The notes below the pieces were generated by a model, which was not told where the DNA came from, made no database searches, and saw only the letters and a list, made by a program, of their open reading frames with translations. A stretch of DNA of 42,577 nucleotides from positions 80,351-122,927 of IMG/VR virus record IMGVR_UViG_3300002026_000032. One strand, written 5' to 3'. Numbering within the stretch: position 1 is the first letter of the stretch; every line of letters starts with the position of its first letter. Of this stretch, positions 10,601 through 18,998 are shown one piece after another. The DNA is from a virus (Duplodnaviria > Heunggongvirae > Uroviricota > Caudoviricetes). Made by a program: the position numbers and the translations under genes.

Positions 10601-12682
10601 ATTAGTAGAGCGGTACACTTGATTCCCACCGGATACGAAGTATGTACCCTCATGGAACAAGATATCCCCATAAACAGGCATGTCTGTTACCGCAGTGAAC
10701 AATCCTGAATTGTCGGGACACACATAGACACTAACACCGATGTTCATGACGAACCGAGTTCCATCGAAGAAGACTCGAGTACTTGGTGTACCGAATTCGT
10801 TTATAACAACGAATTGTTGTGTTTGAGTCCAAGTCAACCCGAGATCAGACGATACCACCATAGTGATAGTTCTGCTGTACCAGACGCCAGTATTACTATC
10901 ACCCGCATGTATTCCCACCAGAACACCATTACCGTACGCGATATCTCTGATGCTGTAAGTAGTAAAGGTCTCTACAAAATCAAAGTCAATGCCGTTGGTA
11001 GATCGATAGATTCCTACACCGAAATCATCTGAAGCAGAATTACACACCAACCAAACACCGTCGGCAAAGAGGCACTGACCATTAACTCCACCGGCAATTC
11101 CCTCAGGTCTATCCGGTTGAACTTTCCATTCGAACATCCACATTGGATCGATCTCAGCAGAGAACTCAACAGTTGTCCCCTCGTCTACGGTTACAGAAGT
11201 CGGTACTGTTGTGACCGGAGGCATTTCAAAGCGACCCACTAGAACCGGAACTGAATTACTAGCGGCTGAGTCTACATCAGTGGTTACTTGACAATAGATA
11301 GACTTGGTGTTGTCTAAAATCACCCCATCCATGGAAAGAATGTTCGAGTTTGTCCCGATCTGTTTCCCATTCATCATCCATGAATAGGTTGCACCAGTGA
11401 CAGGGGTACAGGTTAATTCGTAGGGAGTTCCCTCGACAATAGTGATCTTGGTTGGTGTAACCGAAACTGAAAGAGCTGATTCGACTGTAATAGTAACCGA
11501 GTCTGTGATTTCCACCCCGTTATTGCTCACCGTGATCTCGTAGGTGTCAGCATCTGTTAGTTCTGCTTCTGCTTTTGAGTACGAGAATGCCCCTGTGGCG
11601 TTGGTTTCTGTGGCTATTTCGGTCAGGTCTTTTTTGATAGATGCGGAATACTGCGGGACTACAACTGTGCTTCTGAAAAAATCCCCATCACTCGTACTGT
11701 CTCCTGTTGTTCCTAAAATTTGTCCCGTTGATGGGATTAGTCCTAAGTGGAAACAAGCAGAAGTTCCCGCGTCCATGACTCCTGTTGTTTGAAAAGTTGC
11801 GCCGTTATCATAGGAAATTTCTGTATTCGACCCTGTTGAGCATAGGATAATATCAGAAATTGCAAAAACAGAGCGAAACGCGTTTCCTATCGTAGGGAGT
11901 TGCCCCCATGTCGAACCGTTGTCTACCGACCTCCATATTTTTGCCGTTGTTGTGCTGGCATACAACACACCACCACCAGCATGATAGATGGAATAGACAT
12001 CTCCAAGCCCTGTCGATTTTGCTGAAGTCCAGTTTGCTCCAAAATCATCGCTATAAAGCAACTGTGTCGATGCGCTCGTTTGGGATGTCCCCACGATTAT
12101 GCGATCGTTTAACCCTATCGCCAATCCATATGTCCAGTCATCGACACTAACCTGTGGGATTGTTTTTTGGGAAAACGAAGACCCTCCGTCTGAGGAGACC
12201 CATACAGCATTGTCGTCTATCGTTGCAACGAGTAGATTTGTCCCGTTTGTTCTCAGCCTAGAGCATTCATTTGATGCGGTAAATTCAACAACAACAAGCA
12301 CCCAGTTGTCACCATTATCTACCGATTTGTAAATTTGCGCTGTGCGAACAAGGGCAAAAATCGCACCATCGTCGAGCTGGCAGAACGAGTATACGACTGC
12401 TGTCGTACCCGGAATAGTATAGAGAGTTTGGAAGGTTGCCCCGTTGTCGTCTGATGACAGGATTTTTGCGTCTGTCGACCCTGTTCCTGTACCAACTAAT
12501 ATCCTACCAGACTGCAAAACTATACCCTCGTGGCACCGTTCGTAAGCCGCGCCAAGTTCTGTTTTCGTCCACGTCGGCAATGGTGATGTACCACCACTCG
12601 CCTGCCACTCGATCAAAAGTGGATCGCCTTCGAGTAGAGTTTGGTCTGCTGGTGTTGCTGTTGCTGTTACTGCTAATGCCAT
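7697..12682 (-). CDS. Giant baseplate/adhesin protein (1661 aa): five Ig-like domains, two Asp-box beta-propellers, two beta-rich inserts and a C-terminal gp7/P2 gpI-like wedge domain
   Basis: Asp-box motifs S-x-D-x-G-x-T-[FW]. Ig motifs P..V.V.EG..V.F, Y.W..[DN]G and DN.K...C.VT. C-terminal LRDPYLVDDEYLSVFASDLGYN...LPYWYKIKS. AGAGG RBS. Confidence 0.82.
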   Translation of the reverse strand: MALAVTATATPADQTLLEGDPLLIEWQASGGTSPLPTWTKTELGAAYERCHEGIVLQSGRILVGTGTGSTDAKILSSDDNGATFQTLYTIPGTTAVVYSFCQLDDGAIFALVRTAQIYKSVDNGDNWVLVVVEFTASNECSRLRTNGTNLLVATIDDNAVWVSSDGGSSFSQKTIPQVSVDDWTYGLAIGLNDRIIVGTSQTSASTQLLYSDDFGANWTSAKSTGLGDVYSIYHAGGGVLYASTTTAKIWRSVDNGSTWGQLPTIGNAFRSVFAISDIILCSTGSNTEISYDNGATFQTTGVMDAGTSACFHLGLIPSTGQILGTTGDSTSDGDFFRSTVVVPQYSASIKKDLTEIATETNATGAFSYSKAEAELTDADTYEITVSNNGVEITDSVTITVESALSVSVTPTKITIVEGTPYELTCTPVTGATYSWMMNGKQIGTNSNILSMDGVILDNTKSIYCQVTTDVDSAASNSVPVLVGRFEMPPVTTVPTSVTVDEGTTVEFSAEIDPMWMFEWKVQPDRPEGIAGGVNGQCLFADGVWLVCNSASDDFGVGIYRSTNGIDFDFVETFTTYSIRDIAYGNGVLVGIHAGDSNTGVWYSRTITMVVSSDLGLTWTQTQQFVVINEFGTPSTRVFFDGTRFVMNIGVSVYVCPDNSGLFTAVTDMPVYGDILFHEGTYFVSGGNQVYRSTNLLTWSMSEVETIYASWDSHIWINSTGFYLQFTHHIENTVVYRSLDSGLTFEPDIYTVTSSSVRVFKMVDDTFYADSGGSLLYSNDFDHWVVATTVDANEINYYSAGGFNQLYMNDNKEVFRSYVTTIGFGDGVNVTTYGKIVPVVEDYWWWNLNGNNVSPDNPYSRVMIPDDYGTMAANAVKNMPYYETTDFSDLNWDYYDSNLSNVTVTANDIVMTNNITMAAEVDAYKQCRFAISTTHNNALFSITVPGRVRFEFWNGNMIATYFVNEQSYTHMYTGVIAPNNTYALVVFPSPGTSSLEYYLTNAGDGFNLSNPIATDTVPMWMGQLYLRVDSQFNQEIATISVGLLRTMFDFPTKMVSIGYQIVGTKEIPVNVQEIQSVSITPTEVDGILGGSVLFEVSFVGTFSGVDWYLDGDYVTTIYTPQYTRTLIASDNGKSLYGIVFFTDGRSLTTDLVPITVTSDLSVIVSPLSVDVVEGDTVVFSADASSRPDPVNFGDISFAPQNSVLTKTDYSIQIETLGGGASGLAIQVPSGGMRSYRLEFQFIGEEISIYNHSTTLRINSTRCLVSRSDGPDLETNYAFNYVDTYSITAEIMSSSTVLFTFRNETTDEEIQSSLATYIPEAVYFVIDVYTPGDAIIALFNLIGDMTYLDPVGYSWQLDGVEVATTADYSRVMVLSDNGKDMTCVVTDPLISVTSDAIPITIEAAQTLTITNPGDLTISITPVEPSETEIESYDGIIESEIDMTELSNSMLGRFVYEPSTTNKISIIEKISRLSDLRDPYLVDDEYLSVFASDLGYNINMGFNYAATFADGGINSDDIRSKEEIMMNIRHVIKSLPYWYKIKSIPKAFVVLLYSYGLVGELVAYYTKDHKNFITEDAALSPLLIGSGYYPTSHMGIKVSAEGSAEDEDYDIINKRISQAVRVIESIKPITMVLHAVTVSYEKNLAGSNAINMNISVAIRQIIRA
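10165..11146 (-). repeat. BNR/Asp-box repeats, propeller 2
   Basis: STNGIDF, SSDLGLTW, STNLLTW, SLDSGLTF, SNDFDHW. Confidence 0.75.
11657..12580 (-). repeat. BNR/Asp-box repeats, propeller 1
   Basis: SDDNGATF, SVDNGDNW, SSDGGSSF, SDDFGANW, SVDNGSTW, SYDNGATF at roughly 42-45 aa spacing. Confidence 0.85.
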
Positions 12683-12719
12683 ATTGTAGACCTCTGGATA
12701 GATTATTCTGATTTAATTT

Positions 12720-13964
12720 TCAATTGGTGATGTAAACCTGTGCTGATCCAGATACTACCATGGATCCATTAGTAACTGTTATTTCATACACACCAGCATC
12801 TGCAACTGTTATCATTGGTTTTGAATACACAAACACACCTGTAGTGTTAATCTGAGTCTCGATAACAACTGAATTATGCCGGATTGTTGCATGATATTCA
12901 AGTTCAGATCCACCACCAACGACCCACTCAATTTCAAGCGGGGGATTAGCCGTCTCACCACCAAGATTTATATCCCATTCAGTTGACTTATCCAGTTCAT
13001 CTATCACCAATTTCATGACACCACTATTGTCATTATACATATTATTCAAAGTATACTGATACGCCTTTATCAAATCATGAACATCGGTGTCGTGATATTG
13101 CTCTGGTAAAAACTGTTCAATGTCAATAATTCGATTCTCTCTAGCCCGGATCATAGCACGAATTTCATTGAAAATTGTGCTGATTGTATTCACAGAATTA
13201 AGTACCAATATATCATCATCCGGTATCAGTAATTTAGCTACAACATCGACTCTATATCGATCACCATCGATGTACTTATATGAATCAGAATTCATGAATT
13301 TGAATGATAGTTTATTTTCTATTGTGATCCCAGAATAAATAATAGAATCATATTTATCACGAATGGCCCATTGGAACTGTTCGGGGATTATATCAATCGT
13401 TCCAAAATTCTGTACAACATTTGCGGTATATGTAACAGTCCCCATATTGATTACTGTATCTAAGTCCGCGCTAAGGACAACTTCAATTTGTGGATTGAAT
13501 TCAACCACAGGTGTACTCATCCGAAGCGAAAGAATGATTGATCTTATGATTATATCTGTAACCAAAGACTCTATGATTATATCTGGGTTTGTTAACAATA
13601 ACTGAACTGTGTCAATTTCCAATTCAAGGAATTGTGCACTGACAATACATGGATCTGAGATGATCGTTACATATTGGTTTGTTATTTCATAATGCCACGA
13701 TGAGTTATTATCATATTTAGTTATGGTAACTTCGTGTGAATATGACTGTGTGAATGGGAGTTCACAAGGAAATGTTTCGCTATGTACTAGAAATCCATTA
13801 CGATACAATCTAAATGTTAATTCACCAGTAACTTGTTTGACTGATATGGGAAATTCAAGTTGAGATCCAACATATGAACTGAGTGTAGCAGGAAACGATG
13901 TTACAGCAAACCCACCCCCAAAAATTCCAATACCAAATGGGTATTGACCTACTGAACCATTCAT
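12720..13964 (-). CDS. Ig-like domain protein (414 aa) carrying a putative N-terminal segment of the gp7/gpI-like wedge
   Basis: Three beta-rich Ig-like segments plus helical IIDIEQFLPEQYHDTDVHDLIKAYQYTLNNMY. AAGGA RBS. Lies directly after the gp6-like gene. Confidence 0.68.
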   Translation of the reverse strand: MNGSVGQYPFGIGIFGGGFAVTSFPATLSSYVGSQLEFPISVKQVTGELTFRLYRNGFLVHSETFPCELPFTQSYSHEVTITKYDNNSSWHYEITNQYVTIISDPCIVSAQFLELEIDTVQLLLTNPDIIIESLVTDIIIRSIILSLRMSTPVVEFNPQIEVVLSADLDTVINMGTVTYTANVVQNFGTIDIIPEQFQWAIRDKYDSIIYSGITIENKLSFKFMNSDSYKYIDGDRYRVDVVAKLLIPDDDILVLNSVNTISTIFNEIRAMIRARENRIIDIEQFLPEQYHDTDVHDLIKAYQYTLNNMYNDNSGVMKLVIDELDKSTEWDINLGGETANPPLEIEWVVGGGSELEYHATIRHNSVVIETQINTTGVFVYSKPMITVADAGVYEITVTNGSMVVSGSAQVYITN

Positions 13965-13975
13965 ATATTAAGTCC

Positions 13976-16411
13976 TTATTTGTAAATGTATTCAATGTCC
14001 ACGGAAGGATGTAACAGAACCATTTGACTTGCAAACTGACTCTCTGTTTGTATTTTAATTCCTTCAATGTTTCCATAAGCATCAAAGTATCTACCATCAC
14101 GCTCAATATCAAGGGTGCTCAACAATTTGATACCAGAAATGAATATATCGATGGCCGCTGGGTCAATCATGTCGCCTTGAGTGATCATGCATGTATCAAA
14201 CCCATCATCCGAATATGATTCAATAAATTCCTTTATACCCTTTTCAGTGGCATAGTCAAGCATTTCTTTAATATCAGGTGTGCTGGTATTCTGTAGGTAT
14301 GATAAACATTCAATCACCACACGCATACCGAATGTATTGTACATTTTATCCCAATATGTAGCACTGGGGCTGTATTGTGGATCGGTGATTGGTATTAATT
14401 CACTACCATAGATTTGTTGAGGGATTGTCTGCTTGAAAATCTTTTCGATGAGAACTCTTAATGCAATACTGTTTGCTAATGTCGATGACCCATCAGTGGT
14501 TGTTATCTTTAATGCCGATGATATGTCTGCACCAAGTATGTTGCTGCTCTTAAACTCAACATCAACCTTCAACACTCCATAAAACGACTCAACAATCTCA
14601 ATAATTTTTGATTTATAGAAATTGTTATCGAAATTGATTGTGTTTCGGCACCATGCATACAGATCTGATGTTAATTTTGAATCAAATGCCCCACCATCAC
14701 TGAAGTCAACCATACGGTCAACTACAACTCGAACCTTGATCGTCATTGGTATAATCTGTGGTTGCACATAAACATTCCTATTTGTTATTTCACATCGAGA
14801 ATCCAATTTATTTATCAAATTCTTGATGTCGATATTCCCACCATGAGCTAAATGCTGCTGAGCTATTATACCAGTCAGAATTGATGCTGTATCATTTGGG
14901 TCAATTAAAGATGCCCATTTCATTGTTGTGTTTGATAGGTATGCCAACTGACCATAAAGATACTGTTCGTTACCATTTGCGTATGATGATAGATTATCAA
15001 GTACCACAGGATCATATGATGTGATTGTGGTTGTTGTTTTAGTACCATTGATGGTGACTTCATCATACAATTCACCGACCACAGACACAAGAACCACATT
15101 AGCTAGTGCTGGTACCGATACTACACTTATACCAGATTCTCTGAGTCTGCGAATCTCATCATGCTCACTCCAAGCCGACGCATATTTCACATTGAATGCT
15201 TCGGTGTAGCTCCTCATGAATGATTCATAATCATCTTTATCCGTTAACCGATTCAATGATTTGAATATCTTCCCGGAGTTGTATCTTATTGAGTCGATGT
15301 CTTCAATATCACCACCACCAGACAGCGGACCGACGGCGAATGGTTTAACAAATTCATTATAAAATCCTACGACATTTCCCGCAGTTGTCGTGTAATTGTA
15401 TTTCCATGAATCAACGATCTTCAATGGCAAACTATCACATCGTGATACACGCCCACTAACACCCAGAGTTGATAGGTATTTCACCTTTATGACATCAGTG
15501 TCTGAAATGGCACCGCGTTCAACATATTTACCATCACCAAAATAGATTTCAACACCTGTTGTTGTTGAGCTCTCGATGATACATATCTTTTTCAAGTTTG
15601 TCCCAAAATCAACACCCAATTCGGATGCATACTCCATGAATGTTTCTCGGGAAATTTCATAGGGTACATCATTTATTGTAACTGTGGTGTATTGATTAAG
15701 ACCACTACCTTCACCATAATAATTACTGAATGTTTCATCAGGGAGAAGATATCTCTGAAATATTTGACCAACCTGTATGTTCACAGATCGGCTATCTACG
15801 ATGAAGTCTCTCATTACACCTTGTAGATACATGAATTGGGTTTCGTTATAAACATTCAACCCATTCACATCAACAATATTCTTTGCTTCAACAACGCGAG
15901 TATTTGGTTTATTCTTTAAACCCTGAACATCATCCCACACCACATACAACACCCCACCGTTAGGAGTTTCATTAATGAGATATTGAGTATCAGCCTCAGT
16001 TAGTGTGTATTCAAATCGAGTATGTTTGATTACATCAACACCACTAATCTTCATTCGAAGTTGGGCCGGCATTATGATCTTACTGACACCATTCGCAATG
16101 ATTGGATTGGTTATCATGAATCCCATGATTCCATTGGCTGGTGTTGGGCGCCGTAAATCATATCCAATGTTCTTTGCATTCTGAACAACAGATCCATAAT
16201 GAGATGCGGTGTATCTGAAATTCTCTTTAATCTTGCGTTCAAGTGCGTAATGTAAGAACTCAGTCGAAGCACCCATTAAGTCTACAATTATACGAACCAA
16301 ACTGGCTGGATCAAATTTACCGGCACCACTTGCTTGAAGCTCAGCAATAATCTTCTCAACTTGGGTATCTCGTGTTATGTCAGTAGTGCTAAATAAATTT
16401 TGTCGTATCAT
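13976..16411 (-). CDS. gp6: Baseplate wedge subunit, T4 gp6/baseplate J-like
   Basis: LERKIKENFRYTA...SVVQNAKNIGYDLRRPTPA, YFGDG...G, GGGDIEDIDSIRYN...RLTDKDDYE motifs; follows gp25. Confidence 0.85.
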   Translation of the reverse strand: MIRQNLFSTTDITRDTQVEKIIAELQASGAGKFDPASLVRIIVDLMGASTEFLHYALERKIKENFRYTASHYGSVVQNAKNIGYDLRRPTPANGIMGFMITNPIIANGVSKIIMPAQLRMKISGVDVIKHTRFEYTLTEADTQYLINETPNGGVLYVVWDDVQGLKNKPNTRVVEAKNIVDVNGLNVYNETQFMYLQGVMRDFIVDSRSVNIQVGQIFQRYLLPDETFSNYYGEGSGLNQYTTVTINDVPYEISRETFMEYASELGVDFGTNLKKICIIESSTTTGVEIYFGDGKYVERGAISDTDVIKVKYLSTLGVSGRVSRCDSLPLKIVDSWKYNYTTTAGNVVGFYNEFVKPFAVGPLSGGGDIEDIDSIRYNSGKIFKSLNRLTDKDDYESFMRSYTEAFNVKYASAWSEHDEIRRLRESGISVVSVPALANVVLVSVVGELYDEVTINGTKTTTTITSYDPVVLDNLSSYANGNEQYLYGQLAYLSNTTMKWASLIDPNDTASILTGIIAQQHLAHGGNIDIKNLINKLDSRCEITNRNVYVQPQIIPMTIKVRVVVDRMVDFSDGGAFDSKLTSDLYAWCRNTINFDNNFYKSKIIEIVESFYGVLKVDVEFKSSNILGADISSALKITTTDGSSTLANSIALRVLIEKIFKQTIPQQIYGSELIPITDPQYSPSATYWDKMYNTFGMRVVIECLSYLQNTSTPDIKEMLDYATEKGIKEFIESYSDDGFDTCMITQGDMIDPAAIDIFISGIKLLSTLDIERDGRYFDAYGNIEGIKIQTESQFASQMVLLHPSVDIEYIYK

Positions 16412-16770
16412 TTGATTTCCTGCTTTACGCTATATTGACCGGTTTCATAATCCAGCGTGTCATACTGAATTTGTATGTATAATTCACGAGTCTTGGAGAT
16501 AAACACAACATCGATATTTAATGTATCGAGTTTTATTGTAATGATGTATGATTTAATCAACCGGTATAATTCAGTCTTAATCTCTTCAATTTTCGATTGA
16601 CTCATCATTCGAAATACCAAAGTTGATACCGACGATCCAATTGATGTGAATAATCGCTCAGTTGGATGCGTAAATATGAGATTTTCGATGGATTGGTTGA
16701 TAGCCTCAACATTTGTCACGTCGCCATATCTCCTAAAATTTGGAGATAAATCCTTTGCGTATTCAGTCAT
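16408..16770 (-). CDS. gp25: Baseplate wedge / sheath initiator, gp25-like
   Basis: VTNVEAINQSIENLIFTHPTERLF..IGS.V..L.F is the GPW/gp25 signature. Confidence 0.85.
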   Translation of the reverse strand: MTEYAKDLSPNFRRYGDVTNVEAINQSIENLIFTHPTERLFTSIGSSVSTLVFRMMSQSKIEEIKTELYRLIKSYIITIKLDTLNIDVVFISKTRELYIQIQYDTLDYETGQYSVKQEIK

Positions 16771-16793
16771 ATACCATCCTATTGTTACTCACA

Positions 16794-16801
16794 AATTTAT
16801 A
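16794..16801 (-). promoter_or_regulatory. T4-like late promoter (TATAAATT)
   Basis: Intergenic, between the spike stop and the gp25 start. Confidence 0.55.
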
Positions 16802-16804
16802 GCT

Positions 16805-17521
16805 CTAACTTATGACTGATAAAATCACATCATTTGGTTTTGAGTTTATCGATGTATCCCCAACATGAGGAACTCCATTTAATGGACAAAATCTGATAGC
16901 ACATAATGGCCCAGATCCAGTTAAATCCGGAATCACAGTCCCAGGGAGTTTAAGAGTTGATATGTTAGCATTAACTCTACCCAACTGCATGTTAACCTCA
17001 CCACTATGACCAACATCACCAATTATCACATTACCATCCTTATCAATGATGAGGTGACCAAATTTTACATTGTAGAAATGTTTAGCACCGGTAGTTCTGT
17101 CGTACGTGATTGAATGTGTTTCGTCTTCAAATAACACTACTGTATCCGGATATTGGGAATCAATCAATTCATCGCCAACCATTTTTGATGGCAGCTGTGT
17201 TGATGGGATAAATATATCAGTCCAATAAGGAACATATCGATTTCCTGAGTCGAATCTGATATGAACCTTCTCACCAATTCTAGGTAGTGTGAAATTTCCA
17301 ACATCACCAAGATATGCCCATGGTAGCATGTCATCGGGAATCTCCTCAGTATGAACCGACATAACCCGAACTTTAATTCGAGCTTGTTTCTTTGGGTCGT
17401 TATTATCAACAACAATCCCAACATATCGGTCATTGAATAACCGACCCGTTGCATTCTCTAAATTTTCAACAAGGATGCTTTCCAGATCTCTATTGTGTAA
17501 ATCTCTAATATCACTGTTCAT
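16805..17521 (-). CDS. Baseplate central spike, gp5/gpV OB-fold, no lysozyme domain
   Basis: YVGIVVDNNDPKKQARIKVRV...LPWA...LPRIGEKVHIRFDSGN...PYW is the OB-fold signature. Confidence 0.85.
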   Translation of the reverse strand: MNSDIRDLHNRDLESILVENLENATGRLFNDRYVGIVVDNNDPKKQARIKVRVMSVHTEEIPDDMLPWAYLGDVGNFTLPRIGEKVHIRFDSGNRYVPYWTDIFIPSTQLPSKMVGDELIDSQYPDTVVLFEDETHSITYDRTTGAKHFYNVKFGHLIIDKDGNVIIGDVGHSGEVNMQLGRVNANISTLKLPGTVIPDLTGSGPLCAIRFCPLNGVPHVGDTSINSKPNDVILSVIS

Positions 17522-18681
17522 TCTAGACCCATCCCATTTCTGCTAACAACCATAGCTTTCTTATACCCAATTGATGGTGTGGCTGAGTGTGTTATTCCAG
17601 ACACCATAACCTGACCAGACAAATATTTATTAAGGGCCGGCTGATTACCATTCTTATCCGATACCGACATCACAGTCATGTTCAGAATTTTACCAATATT
17701 AACATGTTGTTGTGGGCTCATCTCAACAGAAATCGACACGGAGAATTTTTCATCAATCAATCGTCGGTTCTCATATGTTGACCTAACATGATTTATATCC
17801 ACCACACCAGTATCAATAATCCCTATGTAGTCCCATGCCGATGGAGTCCCCTTGTACTTGTTATCATGATATAATGCACCACCAAATCCATTTTCAGGGA
17901 ATGTACTATTGGTTAACTCTTCACCAGTAACCACATCCGTTGCTGACAATTGAAATCCATATGTTGATCTACGGTGAAGGGTATTATTCAAGTTCTTTAA
18001 ATCCAGCGCCCGGTAGTATATAGGGAATTCTGGTGGAACATTATCTTGAATGATATAGCTTGGGTCATAAACCAAATCAGTGATAGACTTCTGACCTATG
18101 AGATTCCCAAATGAATTGGCATGGATAACCCCATCCGTCGTCCCATATAGCAATGGTAGATCCCCATCACCAATTGCCGATTGAAGTAAATGGTGAATGA
18201 AGTCATACATATTTTCATTCAATCGGAGCCAATCGCGGGTGTCACCAGTCGCCAGCCCATCATTGATGAAATCATAACCACAGGTTGTGATTATTTGTTC
18301 CATCATTATTGATGATGTTAATGATCGGTATGCGGCACTACCGATACCCCATAATGGATCACCATCTCGCTTTGGTGACATGTATCCGGTAACAAACACT
18401 CGATGTCCATTACCACATTCAGTTATTTGATAATCTGATATATTAAATACCGACACCAGTTGAACATTCGTTTGGTCATTCGCTGCCATTGACACAAATA
18501 TCTTGGAATTAGCCGACAATGGTACAAGCTCAGTTGCACCGTCCATATCATTGAATATCAATTTCAATCTAGGGAGTAAGTCAAAGATCCACTCTTTAAC
18601 CTCCACATAAACAATGTTCATCCCTGGGATTTCAGCCCCATCGATGATGACCGTTCCATGATATTTTATCTGAGCATTCAT
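17518..18681 (-). CDS. Baseplate hub, gp27/P2 gpD-like
   Basis: LPRLKLIFND near the N-terminus and LSGQVMVSGITH...YKKAMVVSRN at the C-terminus; located between the LysM and spike genes. Confidence 0.65.
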   Translation of the reverse strand: MNAQIKYHGTVIIDGAEIPGMNIVYVEVKEWIFDLLPRLKLIFNDMDGATELVPLSANSKIFVSMAANDQTNVQLVSVFNISDYQITECGNGHRVFVTGYMSPKRDGDPLWGIGSAAYRSLTSSIMMEQIITTCGYDFINDGLATGDTRDWLRLNENMYDFIHHLLQSAIGDGDLPLLYGTTDGVIHANSFGNLIGQKSITDLVYDPSYIIQDNVPPEFPIYYRALDLKNLNNTLHRRSTYGFQLSATDVVTGEELTNSTFPENGFGGALYHDNKYKGTPSAWDYIGIIDTGVVDINHVRSTYENRRLIDEKFSVSISVEMSPQQHVNIGKILNMTVMSVSDKNGNQPALNKYLSGQVMVSGITHSATPSIGYKKAMVVSRNGMGLE

Positions 18682-18998
18682 TTGAAGATACCCTTAGTTG
18701 TCATTTTCATTACAAAATTATTCACATCATTTACCGATGGGGTGTCGATCAGAGTCCCAGTTTTAAAGTCATTCCATATGTCATCTATGGCATTAAATTC
18801 CATGAGGATCCACCACAGTCGACTATCACTATACAATGCCAACGCAACGAGATCTGGTCGACAATGAAATGCTGGCGTTACATAGAATGGCTTCAATCGA
18901 TCGCGAATTTCCATCTTGAATTCAGTCAATAATACATCAAAGTCACCATCACTTGACTTGGTATAGAATTGATCTCTAGTTACATTTCTGGTTATCAT
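18678..18998 (-). CDS. Baseplate wedge LysM-like protein, gp53-like
   Basis: RPDLVALALYSDSRLWWILMEFNAIDDIW motif. Confidence 0.78.
   Translation of the reverse strand: MITRNVTRDQFYTKSSDGDFDVLLTEFKMEIRDRLKPFYVTPAFHCRPDLVALALYSDSRLWWILMEFNAIDDIWNDFKTGTLIDTPSVNDVNNFVMKMTTKGIFK

Noticed and set aside
4355-12682. Diversity-generating retroelement target in the fibre or adhesin genes
   Set aside because: No reverse transcriptase and no near-identical template/variable repeat pair were seen in the window; one elsewhere in the genome cannot be excluded.
12683-12719. Possible read-through or fusion of the 414-aa and 1661-aa ORFs
   Set aside because: The frames differ by one base and the downstream gene has its own AGAGG RBS; no slippery site is obvious.
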